Assembly: GCA_017430725.1 (NCBI GenBank) | Contig: JAFRMK010000007.1 | Span: forward strand, 22,929-86,928 | Source: Candidatus Saccharimonadota bacterium | Lineage (GTDB): Bacteria; Patescibacteriota; Saccharimonadia; Saccharimonadales; Saccharimonadaceae | Reading direction: 5' to 3' | DNA length: 64,000 nt | Shown here: piece by piece, positions 1 through 10,936 of the stretch | Layout: every line of letters begins with the position of its first letter | Position numbering within the stretch: the stretch's first letter is position 1 | Notes under the pieces: generated by a model | Told to the model about the DNA's origin: nothing | Seen by the model: the letters and a program-made list of their open reading frames with translations, nothing else | The model's database searches: none | Made by a program: the position numbers and the translations under genes

Positions 1-1131
1 CAAAATTGAACGCAACCCCGATGCAAATGTCAGCCCGGCATCGACATTAATCTGAATTTGGTTCACCCCATCCATCTTGTATTCGACCGGATCTTCCAAC
101 GTCACAATATTAATCGCGTCACTCTTAATCTTCTTAATCAACGCATATAGCGTAGTCGATTTACCTGAACCAGTCGGCCCTGAAGTCAAAATCATCCCAT
201 TCGGTCGCGAAATTCCCGCCATCACATCCTGTAACGCTCGCCCCGTCATGCCCATCTTCTCGACATCCATTGACGTACCGCTCTTATCCAACAACCGAAT
301 TACGACCTGCTCGCCCCACACTACGGGCGATGTCGAAATCCTTAAATCGATAACATTTCCATTCACATTTACGGCAAATTGACCATCTTGCGGAATCCGG
401 TGCTCATCAATCTTCAACTTGGACATAATCTTAATCCGCGAGACCAGCGCCGGCTCAATCGATTTCGGCAGCTCCATCGTTCGTCTCAACACGCCATCAA
501 TCCGGCAACGAATCACCAACGAATTCTCAAGCGGCTCAATATGAATATCCGAAGCCTTAGATTTTGCCGCATAATCCAAAATCGACATCAACGCCTTCGC
601 CATCGGCGAATCTTGCGTAATCGTGACGACCTCTTCGGACGTATTCGCAATCTGCTCTTCCCGCTCTGCGACCCTGTCAACTTCCTTCAGGTCAGCCACA
701 TATTGCGACAGCGCATTATCAATCCCCGCCTCCGAAGTCATCACACCATGCACCGGCATATTCACCAGCGTCGACAGGTAGTCCATTCGCTGCACATTCG
801 ACGTGTCTATCATTGCTACCACTAACTGACCATTCCGTTCATCCAACGGAATCATCCGTGACCGTTCCGCCACTTCCTGCGGTATCTTCAGCAACTTCTG
901 ACGGTCAAATCGCACATTGCGCAAATCAACATACGGCACCTTCAACACGTCAGCAGTTGCGTGCTGCAATCTGTCATCGTCAACAATACCCTTCGTCTTC
1001 AAGCTAGCCAAAATTGGTTGACCGGTTTTCGCGACTTCCTTATAAGTGCTCTGCACCAATGCACCATCAACCAGGCCGTCCTCAACCAACAGCGCAACAA
1101 TCTCGTCCTCAGTCTTCTTATTCAGCCGCAT
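1..1131 (-). CDS. pilB: Type IV pilus/T2SS assembly ATPase, PilB/GspE family (3' end beyond window edge)
   Basis: Missing from the ORF track because it is open to the window edge. My reverse translation from ATG (comp. 1131..1129) reads MRLNKKTEDEIVALLVEDGLVDGALV..., a GspE-N type domain. It runs to ...MILTSGPTGSGKSTTLYALIKKI, a Walker A box at comp. ~150-200. The + strand ORFs here are R/H/P-rich shadows. Confidence 0.88.
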   Translation of the reverse strand, partial: MRLNKKTEDEIVALLVEDGLVDGALVQSTYKEVAKTGQPILASLKTKGIVDDDRLQHATADVLKVPYVDLRNVRFDRQKLLKIPQEVAERSRMIPLDERNGQLVVAMIDTSNVQRMDYLSTLVNMPVHGVMTSEAGIDNALSQYVADLKEVDRVAEREEQIANTSEEVVTITQDSPMAKALMSILDYAAKSKASDIHIEPLENSLVIRCRIDGVLRRTMELPKSIEPALVSRIKIMSKLKIDEHRIPQDGQFAVNVNGNVIDLRISTSPVVWGEQVVIRLLDKSGTSMDVEKMGMTGRALQDVMAGISRPNGMILTSGPTGSGKSTTLYALIKKIKSDAINIVTLEDPVEYKMDGVNQIQINVDAGLTFASGLRSIL

Positions 1132-1145
1132 CGCCCATCCCCGTC

Positions 1146-1487
1146 TTACTCCGTCTCAGGGCTATCTTCTTCCCCCTCCGGCGTATCCGGATTTTCCGAA
1201 TCTTCTTCTTCGCTGTCCTGCCTATCGACACAGACACCTGAATCCGCGTCCCAATCCTGCCAAGCTTCACAGCCTTCCGGCGAGAACACTTCTACGGTCG
1301 GGTTCTTTGCGTACGGATTAAACACCGCGTCATCTGGAGCCGCCACCTCGGACGAAATCTCACTTGCAAAATCAATCCGCTCAAACATCTCGTCTGGGTT
1401 TGCTATCAAGAGACCGCCCAGCCAATACGCCAACCCTGCCGATATAACGGCTATCAGTATCACCATAGCTATATCACTTGCCTTCAT
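1146..1487 (-). CDS. Small single-pass membrane protein with acidic tail, in the pilus operon
   Basis: The track ORF is 1146..1529. I prefer the internal ATG at 1487 (MKASDIAMVILIAVISAGLAYWLGGLL, a TM helix), which overlaps the upstream gene by 14 nt. The tail is ...SEEEDSENPDTPEGEEDSPETE. No family recognised. Confidence 0.5.
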   Translation of the reverse strand: MKASDIAMVILIAVISAGLAYWLGGLLIANPDEMFERIDFASEISSEVAAPDDAVFNPYAKNPTVEVFSPEGCEAWQDWDADSGVCVDRQDSEEEDSENPDTPEGEEDSPETE

Positions 1488-2349
1488 CGCTTGCTTCTCC
1501 TTCTTCACTGCTGCTCGCATCGCCATCACTCAAAGTATCACCAGGACACTTCTTGTTCTTCTTATTGGCACACAAGGTTTCAGTATGAACATCAATGCCA
1601 ACTCTGTCGGCATAGTACGTTCCATATATGCCCGAAAATTCAATCGTCGGCACCACTACGCCCCCTTCGGATTGCTCATAGCTTCCGAAACGAATTGACG
1701 CAGACTGCAAATCAAAGTTCCGAATTGACGACTCAATCAGCTCCAGCATGTTCTTTATCTTCTCCGATTCACCTTCCGCGGTCAAACCATAACCGATCGT
1801 GTGAATCTTGTCTTCAAATATCTGTGTCGCCTCCGTCGCCGAAAGCCCATCATACATCACTCCCGACCAGTTCAACAGCTGCATAAAACTCGCGTGTGAC
1901 GCATAAGGCACATTCGTCTTGCCGTCACCACTATCTACCGGAATTACATCCGAAATCACCCGCAATGCCGAGCAAGATTTCGTCAAATTAATATCGTAGG
2001 ACTCGTCCTCTACGGAAGCACTCGGGTCGAACCGCTGGCAACTCACCTCACGTTTCGTATTTCGCGCCACCGATTCCAATGCCTCGTTAGTACTTAGTTC
2101 TTGCACGCCATCTCGAATGCTCTCAAGATTATTTTGTACTTCTTGATAACTCTTAGCGGCCTCTCTCTCAAAATGCAGCAAATCTCCATAGTAGGAAATC
2201 AGTTTCACCAAGTTAATAACGCCCACCACGGTCACCCCCAACACCAGTGATGCGCCGCACACTGCGGCCAGCATTATCGATTGCGCTTTATCAATCTTGG
2301 CACGTTTGCCAATTGCTACGCCACCAGATTTTTTCGTATCCTTCGCCAT
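1474..2349 (-). CDS. Membrane-anchored pilus-operon protein in the PilO position (function not assigned)
   Basis: 291-aa ORF with an ATG start. It has a basic N-terminus, a TM helix (IMLAAVCGASLVLGVTVVGVINLV) and a predicted helical segment (inference). It sits between the pilN-like gene and pilB. The tail is acidic (GDASSSEEGEASDEGK). Confidence 0.55.
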   Translation of the reverse strand: MAKDTKKSGGVAIGKRAKIDKAQSIMLAAVCGASLVLGVTVVGVINLVKLISYYGDLLHFEREAAKSYQEVQNNLESIRDGVQELSTNEALESVARNTKREVSCQRFDPSASVEDESYDINLTKSCSALRVISDVIPVDSGDGKTNVPYASHASFMQLLNWSGVMYDGLSATEATQIFEDKIHTIGYGLTAEGESEKIKNMLELIESSIRNFDLQSASIRFGSYEQSEGGVVVPTIEFSGIYGTYYADRVGIDVHTETLCANKKNKKCPGDTLSDGDASSSEEGEASDEGK

Positions 2350-2350
2350 C

Positions 2351-3658
2351 CTACTCTTCTCCTCCGGTTTGCACCAACTCTTCGCTGAACATGTTTCGAA
2401 TCTGGATATAACTATCCGTTACGTTCTGGCGCGACGGCCCCTTAATACGCATGTGCGCATTCTTCGCCAAGAAAATCTCACGCGAAAGCGGCACATTTGC
2501 CTCAATGGACTGCCTTAATACACCGTCCGAATCGCGACCGACCGATGGCTCGCCCAACACCAGGCTATCCGCCAACACCGGACACGCCTCAAGCGTGGCA
2601 TCTTCATCTATCGTCTGCGCCTCATCGTCGTTATACTGCAAACACTCACTCTTGAAATAATAGCCTTTTGGCGAATCCGCCAAGTTCAATTCCTTCTGGA
2701 CCTTATCAGTGCTCGAGCTGCGGTACTTCGTCATATCTACTTGGTTCTTATACGTGCGCCGAATATAGATATCCGTCACTTTATACTGTTTATTTCCTTG
2801 TTCATACAGCGTCGCGCTATCTCCAATTCTGGCCTTCAACTCCTCTAGCGCATCATACGATTCCGACTTCTCCCCTTCGGTCGCCGTCCCCACCGCCGTT
2901 CCGTTCTCCGCATTCTCTTCGTCGTTTCCACTGCTCTCGTCACCCTCATCGTCGGATTTTTCTTCGTCTTTATCTTCCACAATCTTGCCGTCTTCCATCA
3001 CGACTTCTTCTTCGCAACCGGGCATGCCTTTGTGATAAATACCGAACACATAACCGCCAACTACTTTTTCGTCCACACAATATGCCGGAATCTCTTCGCC
3101 TTCTTCATTCTCTCCGCCGTCACTACTGGGCCGCATATAGTGACCATAGTCGTAATAACTCAATTCGACACCTTTCTTGAAACTCTGCACTGCACGCGAA
3201 TGAACGTTGTTATCAGAATGAGCCGTCGCATTAAAATAAATCGTCCAATTCAAAAGATCAACCGACAATTCCGACAAGCTCATCTGGTCATTCTCATTAT
3301 TTGGCAAAACCACATCCAGTACGCCAAAAATCCGCGACAGTTTTACCTTTTCGTCGTTCAAGCTACCGACACTCTCCATCTGCTTTTGAATCGTCAACAA
3401 ATCTTCCGCGTTCTTAAACTTCAAAATCGGCGTACCTGTATTTGAGCAACCATTCGCTTCGCCGCTATATCGACAGATAATTTCTTTCTTTGCTCCAGAA
3501 ATCTGCAGCTTCTGTGTTCCCGCAATGCCGCCGAGAATTACCAATATACCGACACAAGCACCCGCCACAATCAAGCAAATCAAAATAATCAGGTTTCGCA
3601 ACTTCTGCTGTTTCAGCAATTCACTTTTAATATCTGGAACAAGACTTATTTCATACAT
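2351..3658 (-). CDS. PilN-like type IV pilus inner-membrane component, expanded to 435 aa
   Basis: The N-terminus MYEISLVPDIKSELLKQQKLRNLIILICLIVAGACVGILVIL matches the PilN layout: an 'I-x-L-x-P' start, a basic stretch and a TM helix. It lies directly downstream of pilM (1-nt gap). It contains a long acidic low-complexity insert. Confidence 0.6.
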   Translation of the reverse strand: MYEISLVPDIKSELLKQQKLRNLIILICLIVAGACVGILVILGGIAGTQKLQISGAKKEIICRYSGEANGCSNTGTPILKFKNAEDLLTIQKQMESVGSLNDEKVKLSRIFGVLDVVLPNNENDQMSLSELSVDLLNWTIYFNATAHSDNNVHSRAVQSFKKGVELSYYDYGHYMRPSSDGGENEEGEEIPAYCVDEKVVGGYVFGIYHKGMPGCEEEVVMEDGKIVEDKDEEKSDDEGDESSGNDEENAENGTAVGTATEGEKSESYDALEELKARIGDSATLYEQGNKQYKVTDIYIRRTYKNQVDMTKYRSSSTDKVQKELNLADSPKGYYFKSECLQYNDDEAQTIDEDATLEACPVLADSLVLGEPSVGRDSDGVLRQSIEANVPLSREIFLAKNAHMRIKGPSRQNVTDSYIQIRNMFSEELVQTGGEE

Positions 3659-3659
3659 A

Positions 3660-4706
3660 CTATCTACTGTTCGTCCTTTCCGCTAAACCAATTGCCACCG
3701 CAAACTCTGCAGCAACTTGCGACAACGCTTGTTGTTGTTGCGGAGTCACTTGCACCATCTGCCACGGATTTCCCTGAATCGTCGAAATACCGGTTTTCGC
3801 TTCAATATATTCGGCCATAAACGGAATCACGCCCGCAAAACCAGACAACACGACTCCTCCAACCTTTACGTTTGGATATTTGTTCTGGAAAAAGCGAATC
3901 GATTTCGAAAGTTCCGAAGCAAAACTCTCAAGCGTCTGGTCTAGCGCCTTAAACACTTGGCCATCCAACTTGTCTTGCGCCAAACCGAATTTCAGAATAA
4001 ACTGACGCGCCTGGCTCTCTTTCACGTTCAACGAGTTCGCCACGGTTCGCACCAAACCGGACAGGCCGCCCGGCAAAGAACGCACCAAGCGTGGCGCTCC
4101 GTATACGACCGACAAATCTGTTGCATTTTCACCATAATCGATAATCAGCCGCGCATCGCTCAATCCCGGTGGCGTCAACGCACGCGACATCGCCAGCGAA
4201 TCTGGCTCCAGCGCCACGAGATTAAATCCGAAATTCTCCACCCCCTCCATTCGCTCCTCGGCATAATCAATCGACGTACAGGACAATAACACTTCGGTAG
4301 TGTTTGGGTCATTCGGGCTCGGCCCCAAAATCACTGAATCGACCTTTGCTTCCTCAATCGGCATCGGGATATACTGGTCTTCATGATAACGAACTACCTT
4401 TTCCATGGACTTTTGGTCCTGTGTCGGCACCTCAATAATTGCTGTGAAAGTTTTGTTTGATGGCAAACCCAACGCAATGTTCTTTGTCTTAATGCCGGCC
4501 TGCTCTGCGGCACTCGCAATAGTTTCGCCCAAACGCCGGCGCCCCGTATCACTGCTGTCCTGCAAAATCGCTCGACTCACGGGTACATACGCAAAGCGTT
4601 GCAAAGACCAGCCCCGCTGGGCGTTACCGGATAATTGAACCATTCTCAGAGCGTCTGTCCCAATATCTAAGGAGAAGAAGTCGCCCACACCATATCCTAG
4701 ACTCAT
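3660..4706 (-). CDS. pilM: Type IV pilus assembly protein PilM (actin-like ATPase fold)
   Basis: 348 aa. The start (...FFSLDIGTDALRMVQL...), length and operon position are typical of PilM. Confidence 0.8.
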   Translation of the reverse strand: MSLGYGVGDFFSLDIGTDALRMVQLSGNAQRGWSLQRFAYVPVSRAILQDSSDTGRRRLGETIASAAEQAGIKTKNIALGLPSNKTFTAIIEVPTQDQKSMEKVVRYHEDQYIPMPIEEAKVDSVILGPSPNDPNTTEVLLSCTSIDYAEERMEGVENFGFNLVALEPDSLAMSRALTPPGLSDARLIIDYGENATDLSVVYGAPRLVRSLPGGLSGLVRTVANSLNVKESQARQFILKFGLAQDKLDGQVFKALDQTLESFASELSKSIRFFQNKYPNVKVGGVVLSGFAGVIPFMAEYIEAKTGISTIQGNPWQMVQVTPQQQQALSQVAAEFAVAIGLAERTNSR

Positions 4707-4752
4707 ATAATTATATTAGCATAAGCGACAATAATCGTGCAAATAGAAAATG

Positions 4753-5811
4753 CTAAACATTGAATTTAAATTCCACTACGTCGCCTTCTTGCATTATGTA
4801 GCCCTTGCCCTCTGTTCGCATCAAACCAGCCTCTCGGACTGCCTTTTCCGAGCCAAGTTGCACCAAGTCATCATAATTGCAAACCGTTGCGGAAATAAAG
4901 CCACGCTGAAAATCCGTATGAATCACGCCCGCCGCCTCTGGCGCCGTTGCGCCTTGTCGAATTGTCCACGCTCGCGTCTCTTTTTTCCCCGCCGTCAAAA
5001 AACTTTGCAACCCCAGAGTATCATAGGCTACCCGAACCAACTGACTTAGGCCATCTTCTTTGATACCATAACTCTCCAAAAATTCCGCTTTCTCCTCGGC
5101 GCTCATGTCAACCATTTCCGATTCCAGCTTCGCATTCACGAACACGGCCTTTTGCGGCGCCACCAACTCCGCTAGCTCTGCCCGCTTCGCCTCGTCCGCC
5201 AACTCTGCCTCATCCATATTAAACATAAAAAACACCGGCTTTGCTGACAGTAAATCCAAACCATCAATTTTCTCGACGTGCGTCTTACCCGCTCGTAATT
5301 CCTCGAGCGTATTCTGCACTTGCGCCAGTTTCGCCTGCGCAAGCTTGTCACCACTTTTCGCCTCCCGCTGCACCTTTGGCAAAGTCTTTTCCAGCGTTTC
5401 GATGTCCGCCAAAGCCAACTCGATTTCCACCGTTTCAATATCACGCTGCGGATTCGGCCCACCCGCCACGTGCGTCACGTTCGCATCCGCAAACACCCGC
5501 ACCACATGACAAATCACCTGGCATTCCCGAATATTTGCCAAAAATCGATTTCCCAAACCTTCGCCCTGCGACGCCCCCGCAATCAGTCCAGCGATATCCA
5601 CAAATTCAACAGTCGCCGGCACCACTTTCTCCGACTCGTACATTTTTGCCAAAACCGCCAATCGCTCATCCGGCACCCCTACCACACCCGTATTTGGCTC
5701 AATCGTCGCAAACGGATAATTCGCCGACAATACCCCCGCACTCGTCAGCGCATTAAAAAGCGTGCTCTTTCCTACATTCGCTAAGCCAACAATTCCTATC
5801 TTTAAACTCAA
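4753..5811 (-). CDS. ychF: Ribosome-binding ATPase YchF (Obg-family GTPase fold)
   Basis: (M)SLKIGIVGLANVGKSTLFNALT carries the G1 motif, and the C-terminal end ...GYIMQEGDVVEFKFNV matches YchF. The apparent start is TTG at 5811. Confidence 0.9.
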   Translation of the reverse strand: MSLKIGIVGLANVGKSTLFNALTSAGVLSANYPFATIEPNTGVVGVPDERLAVLAKMYESEKVVPATVEFVDIAGLIAGASQGEGLGNRFLANIRECQVICHVVRVFADANVTHVAGGPNPQRDIETVEIELALADIETLEKTLPKVQREAKSGDKLAQAKLAQVQNTLEELRAGKTHVEKIDGLDLLSAKPVFFMFNMDEAELADEAKRAELAELVAPQKAVFVNAKLESEMVDMSAEEKAEFLESYGIKEDGLSQLVRVAYDTLGLQSFLTAGKKETRAWTIRQGATAPEAAGVIHTDFQRGFISATVCNYDDLVQLGSEKAVREAGLMRTEGKGYIMQEGDVVEFKFNV

Positions 5812-5904
5812 AATCAGCCGCTCTATCTGTTAGTTATTGATGATAATTATAACATAATTTATACATATATAAGGTATGGATAATGAAAAAAGATCTAGAA
5901 ACCA

Positions 5905-5928
5905 TAAAAAACCCCGCAATCGCGGGGT
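5905..5928 (-). terminator. Rho-independent terminator after the 371-aa gene
   Basis: On the minus strand: CCCCGCGATTGCGGGG followed by a U-run. On the + strand this reads aaaaaaccccgcaatcgcgggg. It lies just past the stop at 5934. Confidence 0.6.
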
Positions 5929-5933
5929 TTTCA

Positions 5934-7049
5934 TTACATGATGGTGATTTCGGCATTTCTTTGCGCTTCGAACGGCAAGGAAATGGGGAGCTCAACTCCC
6001 GACTTCTCGCACAGTAACGGCAGTAACTGTGCCTCGTGCGCGATGCGTCCGTCATCGAGCGGAATGTCGTAATCTTCAGCCAACGCCACAATCAGCTCCT
6101 CCAGAGCCGTCCGCTGAACGCCGCGATAATCGGCAGTCTGCTCTCTTGCAATCACCACGACCGGCGACACTGCCGCCAATCCGCGCGCCACGATGTCTGC
6201 AAAATAGAGACAATCGTCGTCTTGTTCGCTTTTACTGAGCAAGTACTGGTGATTGTGTGACACGTCCTCCAATTGCACCACCCTACCATCGGCAGACACA
6301 AAGAAGTGTGCCTGCGTGGTTCCATCAGGGTTTACTAGATTAGCCACCATCTTCTCGGTGGTAGTGTCAGGAGGCACATCTCTCAGCACAATCCCGAAAG
6401 GATGTTGCATGCTATTCGGGTCATGCTGAAACCGCAGCTCCCTCGTCTCGGCCAGGATTCTGTCGCTGAGTTCTCTATCCCAACGCACCCACTCGGCCAG
6501 CTCGTATTCGATAATACAGCTGTCGTGCAGGACCCTGAGAAAGGCCGGGTCGCGCAACTCAAGCACCTCAAGCACGAAGTACCAGAATCGCCGCATCCAG
6601 GTATAATCCTGCAGCGACTGCAGAATCCGCCCCACATGAAGCGCGCATTCCTGTTGCACTCCATCAGGCAAATCTACGAAACACTCATAGATTACCTTTG
6701 AGTCACGATGTTTCGCCAACTGGTCCAAAGCCCAGTGCAAGTCACGCGAGTTTAATCTCGATGCCTGTTGTCTCAAAAACATCACAAGATAAACCAGATC
6801 GTTATCTCCTATGATGGACTCGGCCAAAACAGGAACCTGTTGTGGAAAAGCCCAACAGAAAATTACTTTTTTCCGCGTTGAGCCTTCAACCAATAAATCC
6901 TGCGCCCAGTCTTTCACGGTTCCGCACAAATGCGCCAAGACATACTCATCCTGCGCCGCAATTGCATAGGATATTTCGTCTCTAAGGACCAAAATTTCAT
7001 TAATTTTCAAAAAATCACCCCTTTTAATATACATGCCGACAAAAAACAT
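5934..7049 (-). CDS. Hypothetical protein: unknown helical N-domain plus C-terminal Amidase_2/PGRP(AmpD)-like domain
   Basis: The C-terminal ~150 aa (comp. ~5937..6395) follow the Amidase_2 motif order: GIVLRDV ... AHFFVSADGRVVQLED ... VQRTALEELIVALAEDYDIPLDDGRIAHEAQ. No signal peptide or TM helix. The N-terminal 218 aa are unassigned. Confidence 0.5.
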   Translation of the reverse strand: MFFVGMYIKRGDFLKINEILVLRDEISYAIAAQDEYVLAHLCGTVKDWAQDLLVEGSTRKKVIFCWAFPQQVPVLAESIIGDNDLVYLVMFLRQQASRLNSRDLHWALDQLAKHRDSKVIYECFVDLPDGVQQECALHVGRILQSLQDYTWMRRFWYFVLEVLELRDPAFLRVLHDSCIIEYELAEWVRWDRELSDRILAETRELRFQHDPNSMQHPFGIVLRDVPPDTTTEKMVANLVNPDGTTQAHFFVSADGRVVQLEDVSHNHQYLLSKSEQDDDCLYFADIVARGLAAVSPVVVIAREQTADYRGVQRTALEELIVALAEDYDIPLDDGRIAHEAQLLPLLCEKSGVELPISLPFEAQRNAEITIM

Positions 7050-7101
7050 CGGTCAATACCTATATTATAGCACGAAACGTAAAAAATGTCAATAATTTAC
7101 C

Positions 7102-8031
7102 CTATTTCAGCCGCAACTTGAAAACAATTTCCCCTCTTGCAGACTCCGCCGTCAAGCTCCAACGCCGCCTGTCCGCTACCGCTTTCGCAATCGCTAGCCC
7201 CAAACCTGTTCCGCCAGATGTCTTATCCACCTGGTAGAACCTCTCAAAAATCCGCGACAGTTTTGTGGGCGGTATCGTTTTACCATCATTTCGAACCTCC
7301 AACCAACCTTTCTCGAGCCGCACTTCCGTCCAACTTTTTGCGTATTTCGCCGCATTATCCAGCAAAATATTCAAAATCTGACCAAAATCCTCATCATAAA
7401 TCTCCATCTCCAGTCGCTCCGGCACCCGCAATCTCAACTCCCGCTCCCCCATCCGCGGCTCAATCACGCGCGCCTTATCCTTCACCAACTTCGCCACGTC
7501 CACTCGTTTTTTCTGCCGCTGCATCGTCACGTCATCAGTTCGTGCCAGCGTCAATAAATCCGCCACCAAGCTCTGTGCGTGTGCCAACTCGGCATCAATA
7601 TTCGACGTCCACGGTTCTTCCGTCGCACCCAAAGCCTCAAAATTCGCCTGAATCGAAGCAATCGGCGTCTTCAGCTCGTGCGAAGCGTTCGCGATAAAAT
7701 CACGCTGCTGCTCATAAGCCTGTTTGACCGGCCGAATCGAGCGCTCCGCGTACAAATAACTCACCATCAGCACCACCGCCTCAATCCCCACTCCCACCAC
7801 TATCAAATACCGCGCCAGGCTCTCCAACTGCCGCTCGCGCTCTTCATGCATCATCTCATGAAACATCTCATCGGACAGCTCGCCCCGAAACTCCATCGGC
7901 ACCTCCTCATGGCTCCGTCCTCGCATCGATGCACTTACGCCAAAAAACACCAACGAAAACGACACCACCAAAATAATCGTTGTCGCTAACATGGTCATCC
8001 AAATAAAACGATTCCTGAGTTTTCGAAACAT
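7102..8031 (-). CDS. Two-component sensor histidine kinase (HisKA + HATPase_c)
   Basis: The H-box is FIANASHELKTPIASIQ. There are two N-terminal TM helices and a C-terminal G-box (DKTSGGTGLGLAIAK). Its start overlaps the regulator's stop by 1 nt. Confidence 0.85.
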   Translation of the reverse strand: MFRKLRNRFIWMTMLATTIILVVSFSLVFFGVSASMRGRSHEEVPMEFRGELSDEMFHEMMHEERERQLESLARYLIVVGVGIEAVVLMVSYLYAERSIRPVKQAYEQQRDFIANASHELKTPIASIQANFEALGATEEPWTSNIDAELAHAQSLVADLLTLARTDDVTMQRQKKRVDVAKLVKDKARVIEPRMGERELRLRVPERLEMEIYDEDFGQILNILLDNAAKYAKSWTEVRLEKGWLEVRNDGKTIPPTKLSRIFERFYQVDKTSGGTGLGLAIAKAVADRRRWSLTAESARGEIVFKLRLK

Positions 8032-8690
8032 TACTTCTCCACCAACTTATAGCCCAATCCCCGTAGGGTCGCAATTTCCGTATGCGTACTTACCTTTTTT
8101 AATAGTTTTCGCAACCGCGACACATAAACTTCAATATAATTATCATCCGCGTAAGCCTCGCCGCCCCAAATCTTGTTCAATAAATACTCCTTTTTCACGA
8201 TATGCTCCGGCGTCTTTATCAGCTCATACATAATATCCGCCTCCTTCGCCGTCATCTTCTCCCCATTCAGGGTTTTCTCATTTACATCATATTCAACATC
8301 CAGGAAGCCCACTGTCTCGCTTTGAATATCGGCCGGCCGACGCGTCAGGGCCATTATTCGCGCCACCAGCTCCGCCGTCTTGAATGGCTTCGCCAAATAG
8401 TCGTCTGCGCCCAAATTCAAGCCCCTTACCTTGTCCTCGACTTGCGACAGGGCCGACAGCATAATAACCGGTGTCCGCACATCTTTCTCACGCATCCGCG
8501 TCAATATTTCCAAGCCAGACAACTTTGGCAGCATAATATCTAGAATCACACAGTCATAAATGCTCGCCACCGCCATATTTAGCCCCTCTTCACCATCAAA
8601 CGCCAAATCCGTCTTTATTCCCTGTTTCTCAAGATTATGTTTCACGGCCTCAGCCAAGAATTTTTCATCTTCAACGTATAATACTCGCAT
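8031..8690 (-). CDS. OmpR/PhoB-family response regulator
   Basis: The receiver domain is MRVLYVEDEKFLAE...DCVILDIMLPKLSG. The winged-helix C-terminus is ...YVSRLRKLL...TLRGLGYKL. Confidence 0.9.
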   Translation of the reverse strand: MRVLYVEDEKFLAEAVKHNLEKQGIKTDLAFDGEEGLNMAVASIYDCVILDIMLPKLSGLEILTRMREKDVRTPVIMLSALSQVEDKVRGLNLGADDYLAKPFKTAELVARIMALTRRPADIQSETVGFLDVEYDVNEKTLNGEKMTAKEADIMYELIKTPEHIVKKEYLLNKIWGGEAYADDNYIEVYVSRLRKLLKKVSTHTEIATLRGLGYKLVEK

Positions 8691-8771
8691 ATCTTCTCCT
8701 ATATCTTACACTTACTATATTATGATTGCCACCTAAAACGAAGCTGAAAAAGCTTAAAAAAACAACTGTTG

Positions 8772-8777
8772 TATAAT
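8772..8777 (+). promoter_or_regulatory. -10 box (TATAAT) 7 nt upstream of the queA ATG (leaderless-type)
   Basis: The sequence is tgttgTATAATatataagATG, with no SD sequence between the box and the ATG at 8785. Confidence 0.4.
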
Positions 8778-8784
8778 ATATAAG

Positions 8785-10904
<2,120 letters not shown>

Positions 10905-10921
10905 TCACGCCAATTCGCATT

Positions 10922-10930
10922 TGCTATAAT
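10922..10930 (+). promoter_or_regulatory. Extended -10 (TGcTATAAT) 6 nt upstream of the permease ATG (leaderless-type)
   Basis: The sequence is tTGCTATAATtggcttATG, with the ATG at 10937. Confidence 0.45.
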
Positions 10931-10936
10931 TGGCTT

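Noticed and set aside
77-1698. A chain of + strand ORFs (77..382, 379..825, 813..1007, 961..1698 and others) at the left edge.
   Set aside because: Their translations are R/H/P/S-rich low-complexity sequence. The opposite strand encodes a clean PilB/GspE ATPase and pilus-operon proteins, so these are antisense shadow ORFs.
5834-6091. An 85-aa minus-strand ORF overlapping the 3' end of the 371-aa gene and its terminator.
   Set aside because: It is an out-of-frame overlap with a longer and better supported ORF, and it crosses the terminator hairpin.
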